The position numbers and the translations under genes are program-made. A stretch of 64,000 bases of DNA, taken from Methanonatronarchaeales archaeon. GTDB lineage: Archaea; Halobacteriota; Methanonatronarchaeia; JAANXF01. The stretch spans positions 1,264 through 65,263 of the forward strand of contig JAANXF010000013.1 in the NCBI GenBank assembly GCA_018263395.1, in the 5' to 3' direction. Below are positions 38,177-48,540 of the stretch, piece by piece. Position 1 is the first letter of the stretch. Every line of letters starts with the position of its first letter. A model generated the notes under the pieces. The model was not told the DNA's origin. It ran no database searches and saw only the letters and a program-made list of their open reading frames with translations.

Positions 38177-38683
38177 CTATCCCTCGAACAGGAGCTCCAG
38201 GTAGGACCTCCGCTCGAAACGCTCCGCACCCATATCGACGAGCAGTTCCCTGAGCCGGTCCCGCAGGTACTCCAGCTCCTCCTCCGGGCCCCCCGTCTCG
38301 GCCTCGACGTAGACGGGCAGCCCCTCCACCCGGTCCACCGTTACGGTGAACCCCTCGACCTCGAAGACCGCCCTCCTCTTCACGACGGCGGGAAGGGGCT
38401 CGAAGCCCAGTCGCTCCAGCACTTCGGCGACTTCGACCCCGGCCGGGGTCTCGACCTCCAGTCGGCTCTTGCTCTCCGCGTCAATTTTTGGGCCCTTGTA
38501 GGCGAGGAGAAGGGAGCCGTCCTCCTCCCTGACCCTGAGGGCTTCGTCGGTTTCGCCGAAGTCCCAGCAGGGATGTGCGTAGTACATGTCGACCTGTTTT
38601 TTCTCAAAAATCCTCTCTCCCCTCTCCCTGACGTTCCTCAGCAGCTCGTCGGTCGCCTCGGCCTTCACCTCTATCTCCAGCAT
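38177..38683 (-). CDS. cyaB: Class IV adenylate cyclase / CYTH protein
   Basis: EIEVK, TDEALRVR, YKGPK, SYLEL. Confidence 0.88.
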   Translation of the reverse strand: MLEIEVKAEATDELLRNVRERGERIFEKKQVDMYYAHPCWDFGETDEALRVREEDGSLLLAYKGPKIDAESKSRLEVETPAGVEVAEVLERLGFEPLPAVVKRRAVFEVEGFTVTVDRVEGLPVYVEAETGGPEEELEYLRDRLRELLVDMGAERFERRSYLELLFEG

Positions 38684-38749
38684 CCGGTTTAAGCTGACGC
38701 CCCCTTCGGAAAACTATTTGGAGGACCTGACCGAAAGAGGGCAGCACGC

Positions 38750-39508
38750 ATGGAGAATGGCGACTTCGTGAGGGTTTCGTTTACCGGTAGAGTGAAGGAC
38801 GGACCCGTTTTCGAGACAACCGACGAGGAGGTGGCCGAGGAGGAGGGAATCTTCGACGAGGACAAGGAGTACGGCCCCAGGGTCGTGGTCCTGGGCCAGA
38901 ACACCCTTCTCCCCGGACTGGAGAAGGCCATTCTGGAGGCGGAGGTGGAGGACTCCGGCGAGGCAGAGATTCCTCCCGAGGAGGCGTTCGGTGAGCGCAG
39001 GGAGGCGGCCGTCATCTCCTTATCGAAGCGGGAGTACGACTCCAGGTTCGACCAGCCAGCGAGGCGAGGCACCCGGGTCGAGATGGAGGGAAACACCGGC
39101 ACGATAATATCCACTGTCGGGGGACACGTCAGGATCGACTTCAACCACCCCCTCGCCGGGGAGACCGTGGTTTACGAGTACGAGGTTCTCGAGGAGGTGG
39201 AGGACCCCGTCGAAAAGGTGGAGTCCGCTCTGGAAAACTCCACAGGCAGCCCGGGCAGCGAGTTCGACATCGAGTTCGAGGACGGAGCCCTGGAGATTCG
39301 GCCCCCTATGCCGGAGTTTCCAAAACAGGGATGGCTGCTCGGCAAGGGCCGCATGGCGGACACCATTCTCTCTGCCATCGACGTGGACGAGGTCAGGTTC
39401 GTCGAGTCGTTCCGGAGCCCCGAGGCTTCCGGAGATGCCGAGGAGACGGTGGATGAGCCCGCCGAACCCGAGGCAGAGGCCCCCGACGAGGGCCCCGGAG
39501 AGGAATAG
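38750..39508 (+). CDS. slyD: FKBP-type peptidyl-prolyl isomerase (long archaeal form)
   Basis: VFETT, IPPEEAFGER, DFNHPLAG. Confidence 0.92.
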   Translation: MENGDFVRVSFTGRVKDGPVFETTDEEVAEEEGIFDEDKEYGPRVVVLGQNTLLPGLEKAILEAEVEDSGEAEIPPEEAFGERREAAVISLSKREYDSRFDQPARRGTRVEMEGNTGTIISTVGGHVRIDFNHPLAGETVVYEYEVLEEVEDPVEKVESALENSTGSPGSEFDIEFEDGALEIRPPMPEFPKQGWLLGKGRMADTILSAIDVDEVRFVESFRSPEASGDAEETVDEPAEPEAEAPDEGPGEE

Positions 39509-39512
39509 TCCC

Positions 39513-39950
39513 CTACTCTCCCCGCAGCTTCACGACCTGGAGGTCGATACCCAGCGGGCAGTCCGATTTGGTTGAACCAACGACGTCCTCGATTACCAGC
39601 TTCCGGCCGTCGACGCCGCCAGGGTGACAGATGGTCCACACCTCGCAGTCGTCCGTGCACCCGTTCGGCGGAGAGACGGAAACCCTGGAGCCCCTGACGG
39701 CCTTCTTTGACGGGACCGCCGCCTCGATCGCGGTCTCCTCGACCTCAACTGCGTTCACACCGCCCTCGTGCAGTGGGCACTTCTGAACCCTTCCGTCCCT
39801 CAGGCCGACCACCCTGTACCGCCTGCCCGCCACGAGGGCTCCGCACGTCCTGCGCAGGGAACAAGAATAGCACTGCTCCTGTGTGCCCTCGAAAACGAAC
39901 TCCTCACCCTCTCTCGCGTTCAGCTTTCCTATGAGAGTAACCCTGGACAT
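39513..39950 (-). CDS. UPF0179 family protein
   Basis: VTLIG, CxxCxxxxxC, CPLHEGGV. Confidence 0.85.
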   Translation of the reverse strand: MSRVTLIGKLNAREGEEFVFEGTQEQCYSCSLRRTCGALVAGRRYRVVGLRDGRVQKCPLHEGGVNAVEVEETAIEAAVPSKKAVRGSRVSVSPPNGCTDDCEVWTICHPGGVDGRKLVIEDVVGSTKSDCPLGIDLQVVKLRGE

Positions 39951-40985
39951 CTATATCACACCGGTATCCTCGGCGACCCTCTCGGCCGCCTCCCTCGTTA
40001 TTCCATCGCTCCCCAATATTGTATACCTCCCGGGCCGGACGGAGTGGGCGGTGGTCAGGGCATCCAAGAGGACGTCCCCGTCGACCCCGAGTCCCTCGGC
40101 GTCCAGCGGGGCTCCCAGTGTCTCCAGGGCGTCCCTGATCGTTTCCCAGTCACCGTTGTGGAGGTACATCGTCAGGATCGAGCCCACCCCGCACTGCTCG
40201 CCGTGAAGCGCGGCGCCGGGGGCTATGGAATCCAGCACGTGACTGAACATGTGCTCCGCCCCGCTCGCAGGCCTCGACGACCCGGCTATCGACATGGCGA
40301 CACCGCTGCTTATCAATCCCTTCATCACGACCTTGACTGATTCCTCCAGCCCGGGCCGAATCGAGGACGCGTTCTCGACCATTATGGTGGCCGTCATCTC
40401 GGACAGCGTCGAGGCGTAACCGCTCCTGTAATCACCCCTGAGGCGCTCAGCCAGGCTCCAGTCCAGCACAGCCGTCTTGTTGGACACTATGTCCGCGCAG
40501 CCGGAACACATCAGCCTCTCCGGCGTGTCCGCTATGACGGACGTGTCCGCCACGACCGCGAGAGGCGCGTCTGCCGAGACGCTCTTCGACGAACCGCCTC
40601 CCCGCAGCGAGGCCCTGTTGGACGCCACGCCGTCGTGTGAAGCGGCGGTCGGGACGCTGAGGAACGGTACCCCGGTGCGGCTGGCACCGAGCTTCGCGGT
40701 GTCGATGGAGCGGCCGCCGCCGACGCCCACCAAGAAGTCGGCGTCCAGCCCGGAGACGGCCTCCACCGTCGCCTCGTCCACGCTGTCCGAAACCTCGACC
40801 TCTACCGAGAAGCCCCCCTCCGAAAGCACCTCCGCGACCCGGTCGCCGGCGACGCGACGGGTAGTGGGTCCGGTAACGACGCCCGCCGATCCCTCCAGCC
40901 CTATGTCCAGCGCCACGGAGGCCACCCGGTCGAGCGCGTCCCTGCCTACTACGACGCTTCGGGGAAGCTGCATCTCGCGGGTCAC
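39951..40985 (-). CDS. egsA: sn-glycerol-1-phosphate dehydrogenase
   Basis: GGGRSID, PTAASHDG, SRPASGAEH, HGEQCG. Confidence 0.95.
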   Translation of the reverse strand: MTREMQLPRSVVVGRDALDRVASVALDIGLEGSAGVVTGPTTRRVAGDRVAEVLSEGGFSVEVEVSDSVDEATVEAVSGLDADFLVGVGGGRSIDTAKLGASRTGVPFLSVPTAASHDGVASNRASLRGGGSSKSVSADAPLAVVADTSVIADTPERLMCSGCADIVSNKTAVLDWSLAERLRGDYRSGYASTLSEMTATIMVENASSIRPGLEESVKVVMKGLISSGVAMSIAGSSRPASGAEHMFSHVLDSIAPGAALHGEQCGVGSILTMYLHNGDWETIRDALETLGAPLDAEGLGVDGDVLLDALTTAHSVRPGRYTILGSDGITREAAERVAEDTGVI

Positions 40986-41122
40986 CGTAATCGTTTAAAA
41001 AGCTACCTCTGAATCCTTATAGGTAGCGCATCCCCCCGTATGGAGGTCTCGAACGGCGGCCACCTCCCCGCCGGGGGCCTCCCCGTCAACCTTATAGCCC
41101 TCACGGACCACTCTACGCAGGT

Positions 41123-41381
41123 GGGGTCGTGGCCTAGTCCGGAAGGGCGACGGGCTCCAGCGGTACGCACCGCTTCGAAGAAGCGGGTGCTAAACCGGCC
41201 TGCCCACGCGGCAGCCCGGGATGATGAAGAACGGGTAAACCGAGCCGGGTCAGCGCAACCCGAGCGATGACGACCCGTTGGAGCACTGAACCGGTATCGG
41301 TTCAGTCCGTAGAAACCGTCAGGTTTCGAACTCTGAACCGGAGACACCCGTTAATCGTGGGTTCAAATCCCATCGACCCCA
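41123..41381 (+). tRNA. tRNA-Trp (CCA) with 185-nt intron at position 37/38 (41161-41345)
   Basis: Exon 1 GGGGTCG...ACGGG-CTCCAG; exon 2 A-CCCGT...GGTTCAAATCC...CGACCCC-A; canonical bulge-helix-bulge (CUCC/GGAG helix, AG^C and AC^A bulges). Confidence 0.95.
41216..41294 (+). ncRNA. Intron-encoded box C/D guide RNA for Cm34 and Cm39 of tRNA-Trp
   Basis: C ATGATGA 41221-41227, D' CCGA 41240-41243, C' ATGACGA 41267-41273, D CTGA 41286-41289; the +5 guide bases pair with C39 and C34. Confidence 0.9.
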
Positions 41382-41816
41382 TGCCCAAAAAACGCCTGAA
41401 ACCTCCGTGCTGAGGAACGGATCCACTCCGTAGCTCGGCCTCCCGTAGAACCGTGTCCCCTGGATTCAGCTATACTCCACTTCGCCTACCGTCCCCCAGA
41501 GTGTCTCCACGTCCCTCCACGGGCTCCGTGGCCTTTCCGTCCCTGACCGTAAGTCTGGGCACACCTCGCCCCCTCTCCGGTTCACGAGGCCCGCCGTGCG
41601 GAGGCCCCCGGAGGCGCCCAACCGGCTCCGCCCCCTCCCCGCGCACCGTCAACCAGCGGACAGGAGCGGGGTACCCCGGAATCCGGGGCCTCCTACGGCT
41701 TCGAGGGCCACCCCGATGGGCCGACCCGGCGGGGTCGCCGGCCCCGCGACCGGACGCGTCCTCGTGCAGATGGACCGGGGCCAGATATAATGTGACGGGC
41801 TCCTAATCAGTCGGCA

Positions 41817-42680
41817 GTGATTGTGGCTGATAACCTCGGCAAGGCCTACGACGGCTTCGCCGCGGTAGACGGCGTATCCTTCTCGGTGGAGGAGGGTGAG
41901 ATTTTCGGCATCGTTGGGCCGAACGGAGCCGGAAAGACCACCACGCTGAAGATGCTCGCGGGCCTCCTCGAGCCGTCCTCGGGCGGGGCGGAGGTCGCCG
42001 GCCTGGACATTTCCGACCCCGAGATGAGGCGCCACATAGGCTTTCTGCCCGAGGAGACCCCTCTCTACGAGAACATGACGCCCGCCTCCTACCTCGGCTT
42101 CTTCGCCGACCTGTACGGCGTCCCTCCCTCCGTGGCGGCCGAACGGGCAGAGGACCTGCTGGACTCGCTGGACCTCGAGCACAGGGACCGCCGACTGGGC
42201 GACATGTCGAAGGGGATGAAGCAGAAGGTCGCCATCGCCCGCTCCCTCATAAACGACCCGGAAGTACTGATATACGACGAGCCGACGAGCGGACTGGACC
42301 CGGTGACGACCAAGGAGGTCCACCGGTTCGTGAGGGACCTCGGCGACGGGGGGAGGTCCGTGGTCTTCAGTGCCCACAACCTGTTCCACGTCGAGCACCT
42401 GAGCGACCGGGTCGCCGTGATGCGGGAAGGACGGGTGGCGGCGGAGGACACCGTCGAGGGGTTAAGGGACAGTTTTGGCCAAACCCAGTACCGGGTACAC
42501 GTGACCGTGGAGCTGCCGGGAGCCGAGCCCGGGGACGGCGACTACGTACTGGTGGTCGAGGACATGGAGGGCGTGGAGGCCGTCAGGAGCGAGGCGGAGT
42601 CCCTCGGAGGGAGGGTGGCGGACATACGGACGATGGAACAGTCCCTCGAGGACATCTTCCTCTCGATAATCGAGAGATGA
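41817..42680 (+). CDS. ABC transporter ATP-binding protein
   Basis: GPNGAGKTT, MSKGM signature, DEPTSGLD. Confidence 0.93.
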   Translation: MIVADNLGKAYDGFAAVDGVSFSVEEGEIFGIVGPNGAGKTTTLKMLAGLLEPSSGGAEVAGLDISDPEMRRHIGFLPEETPLYENMTPASYLGFFADLYGVPPSVAAERAEDLLDSLDLEHRDRRLGDMSKGMKQKVAIARSLINDPEVLIYDEPTSGLDPVTTKEVHRFVRDLGDGGRSVVFSAHNLFHVEHLSDRVAVMREGRVAAEDTVEGLRDSFGQTQYRVHVTVELPGAEPGDGDYVLVVEDMEGVEAVRSEAESLGGRVADIRTMEQSLEDIFLSIIER

Positions 42681-44432
42681 ACTGGAGACGGGTCCTCAGG
42701 ATAGCTCGCTGGGAAATCGGCAGCGTCGCGGGCGAGGTGGACAGGAAGACCGTTCTGATACTGCTCGCCGTACTGCTGGCCCTCGCACCCGTTACGTCCA
42801 ACTTGGCACGGGGTCTGGACCATGAGGAAGGGCTCTACCGCGTCGGCGTTTCCCGGGACAGTCCCTACCACCCCGTGGTATCCTCCTCGACCACGTTCAC
42901 AGCCGAGGACCCGAACGAGGCCGCGCTGCGCCGGGGAGATATTGACCTCCTGGTTACGGACGGGGCTACGGCCCCGGACACCGAGAAGGGAAGGGCCGCC
43001 CTCAGGGCTTTCCGGGAGGCCGTCCAGGCTTACAACGACGGCTCGATGGCGGGGGAGCCCAATTCGTACGCGGCCTTCCCTGTCAGGGTCGACCTGATAT
43101 ACGTGGAGAGGAGGGGGGTTCAGGAGGTGGTCAGCCCGGGCGTGGAGCCTCCACCCGGTCCAGAGCAGCGAGAGCGCGTTTCGCCCGGCGACTCCGCCGG
43201 GGGGCCAGCCACAGGGACGCCGGAGGACTCGGGGGGGCGAGGCGGGGTCCTACCCGGCCCTCAGACGGGGGCTCGGCGGGGACCAGGTCGGCCTCAGCTC
43301 CCCGGCCTCGATTCAGCCGCCTTTTCCGTTCAAGTCCCTGGTACTGGCGTTCCTCTTCGTCATTCCAATGAACTTCGTTATGCAGGTATACTCGTCCTCG
43401 ATAGTGGGGGAAAGGATAGACAGGAGGGGCGAGCTCCTGCTGGTTTCCCCGGCGTCCAGGGTCGAGATAGTCGCCGGAAAGACTCTGCCCTACGTCGCCA
43501 CGGTCCTCCTCATCGCGGCTGCAACGGCGGCGCTGGTCGGCGGCGGAGCCCTGACGCTTGCGGCGGTTCTGCCGATCGCCCTGGCATTCGTCTCCACGTC
43601 CTTCGTCGCCGGTCTCCTCGCCCGGTCGTTCAAGGAGCTGACCTTCGTGATGGTGGCGGTAAGCGTCTTCGTAACGACGTACCTGTTCGTCCCGGCCGTC
43701 TTCACCGACATCCACCCTGTGGCCGCGATTTCTCCGGTGACCATGGTGGTTCACGACCTGAGGGGTGAGGCGGTTCCCCTGGGGGACTACCTGTTCTCCA
43801 CCGGGCCGCTGTACCTCGTTTCCGCAGTCCTGTTCGCCCTCGGGACGGAGATCTACAGGGAGGAAGACCTTTTCACACAGAAGCCGCTTCCGGGGAAGGT
43901 TATGGACGCCGTGCAGGGCCAGATACGCGGCCGCATCAGCATGGCCAAGCTCTCGATTCTCTTTATACCGTTCGTATTCGCCACCGAGCTCCTGGGCATC
44001 TCGATCCTCTTCGCCATGCCGCTCCGCCTGGCGCTGCCGGTCCTCCTCGTCGCCCTGGCCATTATCGAGGAGTTCGCGAAGAGCGTACACGTGTACACTG
44101 CGCTTTCACGGAACGTGTTCGACTCCTCGTTAAAGACAGCACTCTCCCTGGGAGGGCTATCCGGTCTCGGCTTCTTCGCCGGGGAGAAGCTCACCCTAGC
44201 CACGACGCTCGTGGGCCTGAACGTCCAGGTGGACCTCGGCAGGGCGGCGTTCCAGTCCCTCGACTCCCCCCTCGCTCTCCTCGTCCTGGCGCCTCTGGTC
44301 CTCCACGTCTCAACGGCCTGTGTATCCGCACTCGGGGCGCGGGCTGGAAGGACGCGTTACGCCGCCGCGCTGCTGGCGGCCTCTGCTATCCACGCGTCCT
44401 ACAACTTCGCGGTGGTGGGGCTCATTGGGTAA
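42677..44432 (+). pseudogene. ABC-2 permease with PrsW-like C-terminal domain, one frameshift at about 43225-43270
   Basis: N-terminal permease frame loses sense after a G-rich linker; second frame continues SPASIQPPFPFKSLVLAFLFVIPMNF...EEFAK...HASYN. Confidence 0.75.
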
Positions 44433-45480
44433 CCGGCTCGTGATTTTCAGGAAGGAGCTGAGGTCGGTGCTCGATGAGAAAACCATCGTGCTGGCCATAA
44501 CGATACAGCTCTTCATCGCCGCGTTCTCCTCGTTCCTCGTCATCGGGCTCGTGGCCATGTACGACCCGGCGTCGGTAAGGGGGGGAGGCCTCAAGGTCGG
44601 CGTGGCGGGGGACGGCTCCCCGGAGACGTCGGAGGTGGCGGCGTCTCTGGGGGTAGAGGTCGACGGATACGGCTCATACGACGAGGCTGTTGAGGCCTTC
44701 CGGGCAGGAGAGGTCGACGCAGTGCTTTACGCCGAGCGTAACGGCGTGGTGAACGTCACCGCCGTCGCCCCGGAATCGAGCCTGCAGACGACCCGCAGGG
44801 TGGTTCAGCTGAGGGAGATTCTACGGGAGCTGGAGCGGAGAGAGCGGTTGCGGCGATCGGACGGCCTGGACAGTCCCCCGCTACCCGTTCCGGAGGCGCC
44901 GAGGTCCAGCCCGTTCTTCGGATTCACGTACACCGTCCTCATACCCATCCTCATGTTTCTACCTGTTTTTATCAGCGGCTCCATCACCTCGGACTCTGTT
45001 ACCGAGGAGGTCGAGAGGGGGACCCTGGAGCTGCTCAGGGTCACGCCCACCTCGGACGTCGAAATCGTCGAGGGGAAGATGCTGGCGTACGGCGTCCTCG
45101 CTCCACTGCAGGCCGGTCTCTGGATGGTGCTTCTGAACGTCAACGGTGTCCCGGTCCGGGAAGCGCCGGCCGTCCTGTCCCTGGTCGCTGCCCTGACCGT
45201 CGTCGCGGTGGTGCTCGGTGCGCTGCTGGCCCTGGTATTCGGAGACAGGCGGCGCTCGCAGATGATGTACTCGCTCGTTGTAATACTCGTCTTCGGGGCC
45301 GCTGCGGTGGCGGCCAACCCGATGAACGCCGTCGCCCGTCTCGCCGTGGGGAGCTCCTCGGCGGAGGTGTACCTCGTGGTGGCTGGTTACTTGGTGGCCG
45401 CGCTGACGGTAGCCGCGGGCCTGAGGTGGTATATGGGCAACGGCGTCGCCGGGTTACGGCGATGGGGGCGGACGGGCTGA
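44425..45480 (+). CDS. ABC-2 transporter permease
   Basis: IFRKELRS, EEVERGTLELLRVTP, GK motif, multiple TMs. Confidence 0.88.
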   Translation: MGNRLVIFRKELRSVLDEKTIVLAITIQLFIAAFSSFLVIGLVAMYDPASVRGGGLKVGVAGDGSPETSEVAASLGVEVDGYGSYDEAVEAFRAGEVDAVLYAERNGVVNVTAVAPESSLQTTRRVVQLREILRELERRERLRRSDGLDSPPLPVPEAPRSSPFFGFTYTVLIPILMFLPVFISGSITSDSVTEEVERGTLELLRVTPTSDVEIVEGKMLAYGVLAPLQAGLWMVLLNVNGVPVREAPAVLSLVAALTVVAVVLGALLALVFGDRRRSQMMYSLVVILVFGAAAVAANPMNAVARLAVGSSSAEVYLVVAGYLVAALTVAAGLRWYMGNGVAGLRRWGRTG

Positions 45481-45567
45481 AGGCCGCCGAACGGGCCGGG
45501 CCGGTGTCGAAGTCCTCGACCGGCGACGGGGCCGGGTAGCGGTGCCCCATCGCCGACGGTGGGGGAC

Positions 45568-47388
45568 CTATCTCTCGGTCGAGCCGTCCTCCGACCCGGC
45601 CCTTCTCAGCTCCACCTCGAAGACGGCTCCCTCAGGTTCGTTGTCCCTGACCCGGACGTCACCGCCGTACCTCTCCGTCGTCGTGTGTGCGAGGTACAGC
45701 CCCACCCCGATTCCAGGGCTCTCCAGGCCTTTCTCGTCCTTTCCGAATATCTGGTCCTTTTCGTCGTCAGGAACCCCTGGACCGTTATCGGCCACCGAAA
45801 CGACGACCGTATCCTCTCTCTCCTCCGCAGAGACCTCCACGATGGGCTCCTCCCTGTCGTTGTGCTGAACCGCGTTGTTCAGCAGGTTCCTGAACACGGA
45901 TGACAGCATACCGTCGGCCTCCACCTCTAAGTCGGGCAGTTCCCGTACCTCGAAGTCGGCTATGGCGAATCTGTCCTCCGCCCTTTCGACCTCATCCTCG
46001 ACGACGCCTCTAACGTTCACGGGGTGAAGCCCCGTCCGGATGCTCATCATCTCCTCCGCCACGTCCCTGGCGTTCTTCGTCACCTCCAGGATGTCGCAGG
46101 TGGTTTCCACTACGTGTTCGAGGGCCTCCTCTCCCTACTCCGACACCTCCCCTTCAGCACCTCTCCCCAACCGGTCAGGGACTGGACGTCGTTCCTTATG
46201 TCGTGACGTACTATGCGGTTCAGCAGCTCCAGCATCTCCCTCTCCTACGCCATTCCCTCCAGTCGCCTATGCTCCATAACGACGCCCAACTGCTCCGCGG
46301 CACCCGAAACGAGTTCAAGCTGGCGCCTCTGCGCCTCCGCGGACCGGGACATGAACAAGACGAGAACGGCTACCACCTCTCCTTCCACAGTTATGGGGAC
46401 CCCTCCTGCGGCCTTTAACCCGGCGACCCGGGCCGCCGTCGCGCGTGGAGATAGTTCCTCTGGCTCGCTGGAGATATCGGGTATCCACTCCGGCTCCCCT
46501 GTGGACCATACCTTCCAGGCAGCCCCTCCCCGGAGCCAAGGGCGTGGCCCCCCATCCTTACAAAGTCCTCCAGTTCGGTTCCCTCGCAACCCGTCGCGCC
46601 GAGCTCGATTACGGATTCACCGGAGGGTAACCAGACTTCCCCGTAGCGCCAGCCATCAAGTCTGCATACCTCCCGGAGAAACCCCTCAAGAGCCGCGTCG
46701 ATGTCCGGAGCGGCCACCATCGCCTTCGTGATTCTAGCAGGGACTGCGTCTCTCTCCGGCCCTCCTTTTGGGACGTGACGTCCCTGAGAACGCCCCTTAC
46801 ACCGACGATCTCACCCTCCCGCAGTATAGGGACGGGTTTAACCTCCACGTAGACAGTCTCCCCGTCGGCCCTCCTCACCTCTCTCTCGACGCTCTCGGGG
46901 AGCGCCTCACCCTTCAACGTCCTCTTGAAACCCACGGCCACGTCCTCGACCTTATCGATGGGAAGGAATTCCAGGAAGCTCCGGCCCACCAGCTCCTCCG
47001 GGGACTCCACGCCGAAGATGTCCGCCAGTGCCCCATTCGCGAAGGTAATTATACCGTTCCTGTCGTTTTCGAAGACGCCGTCGTTAAGTCCACTGACCAG
47101 TTCGCGATACCTCTCCTCGGACCGCCGAAGAGCCTCCCTCGACTCGCGGAGCGCCTTCTCCCGCCCCCTCATCGGACGGAAGAACAGGATATAGAGCGAC
47201 GGGAAAACGAGGACGCCCAGCACGAGGCCGTCGAGGACGCCGACGGAAATCAGGGGTAAAGGCGGAAGCAGGGGGAGGACCACCGTCATCACGATTACCT
47301 CCATGAGGATCGTCGACGCCAGGAGGACCACCAGGAGGCGAACCGGAGGGGAGAGACTTCTTCTCCCCGGGCCCTTCCCTTCAGCCAT
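45568..47388 (-). pseudogene. Fragmented TM-PAS-GAF-HATPase sensor histidine kinase
   Basis: PAS (46609-47388), GAF pieces (46245-46720) and HATPase (NLLNNA, DNGPG, GVGL; 45568-46110) lie in different frames. Confidence 0.8.
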
Positions 47389-47663
47389 AGCTACGCCGCC
47401 CTCCGCGCCTTGAGCCAGAAGACGGCTCCCCAGGGCCCCTCGTACCCCCGTCTTGAGCCTTTCCGCCACTGAGGCCTCCACCGGTGACCACGGAACCTCC
47501 GCGAAGCTTCAGGTAACAACGACCCGGGGAGCTGCGGCGGCCCGCGCTCCACGGCCGATGAGGGGATTCGGTTATCAATCGATCAGTTCACCCACGTGTT
47601 ACCGATTTAAGTATAGATAACTAAATACCTCATTATTCGACGGTTAGGACCGATTAATGAAGT

Positions 47664-47861
47664 TCACCGGGAGAAAATCGTCGGGGGACGCAGCTTCCCC
47701 GACGCCAGCATCCGAGGAGTTGCTGCGAAGAAACCCAGCCGTTGCCTGTCGATTCGGCGGTTAATGGCCAGCGCCAGCGGGGCGTCCGTCGCCAGCACGA
47801 GGTCGTGGTCACTGACCTCGGAGTACAGAGAGTCAATAGATTTGGCTCGGCGGAGAGGCAC
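47664..47861 (-). pseudogene. N-terminal fragment of a haloarchaeal-type PD-(D/E)XK nuclease/AddB-like gene
   Basis: RAKSIDSLY...DLVL..DAPLALAINRR...ATPR.LA, then abrupt end. Confidence 0.5.
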
Positions 47862-47944
47862 GGGTGGAAATCGGTTAAGGGAGTAAAAGGTGTGTCGAAG
47901 CGGAGAGGTTGGAATAGCTCTGATTAATCATCACATAGTCTGTT

Positions 47945-48412
47945 TTAAAGTTCGTTACGGACGAAGCCCACGATTGCGTTATCGATTATTTTTGTCTCAC
48001 TCGTGTTCATCCCTTCGCTGAGATAAGTGTTGAAGAAGCTTTCGCATGCTGATCCGATTTCTACAAAACGTGGGTAAATTTCCATGAATACGGTTTTACC
48101 TCCCTGATTTAAGGCGGTTCCTCTGTTGTTGTAGAAGAACTTTAGGGTGTACTGTCCATCGATTGGAGGCACTAGTTTCGGTAAGAGATGGTGGAGGGCT
48201 TTTGAACCGGCCACTATCTTGGTTTCTCCGACGCCGATCTCTAAGCTCCTGATTATGTCCCAGAGCTGTTCGGCTATGTCGTTTACTTCGTTTTCCTCTA
48301 TTTTGCTGATGTGTTGAGTTTGGACCCTTCGCAGTTTTTCCTCTTGATTCCTGAAACTCTGTTTTATGCTGGAGGTCGTTTCAAAAACCGTGAAGATGGG
48401 GGCGTTCCTCAC
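47945..48412 (-). CDS. Hypothetical AT-rich protein, probably 5'-truncated (HhH-like)
   Basis: SKALHHLLPKLVPPID motif. Confidence 0.55.
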   Translation of the reverse strand: MRNAPIFTVFETTSSIKQSFRNQEEKLRRVQTQHISKIEENEVNDIAEQLWDIIRSLEIGVGETKIVAGSKALHHLLPKLVPPIDGQYTLKFFYNNRGTALNQGGKTVFMEIYPRFVEIGSACESFFNTYLSEGMNTSETKIIDNAIVGFVRNEL

Positions 48413-48540
48413 GCCCGGTCAGATGAGAAAGGTTCACTGGATTGATCCTCTCAGCCCTTTTTGAAATGAGCTCAAAACATGGAGGAAAAGTGGTTTACGG
48501 GAAGACCTGAAAATCTCTACCGAGCCGAAGGGGGGTACCG

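Noticed and set aside
45493-45512. GGCCGGGCCGGTGTCGAA as a distal att copy of the tRNA-His 3' end
   Set aside because: Needs several gaps and mismatches; expected by chance at this GC content
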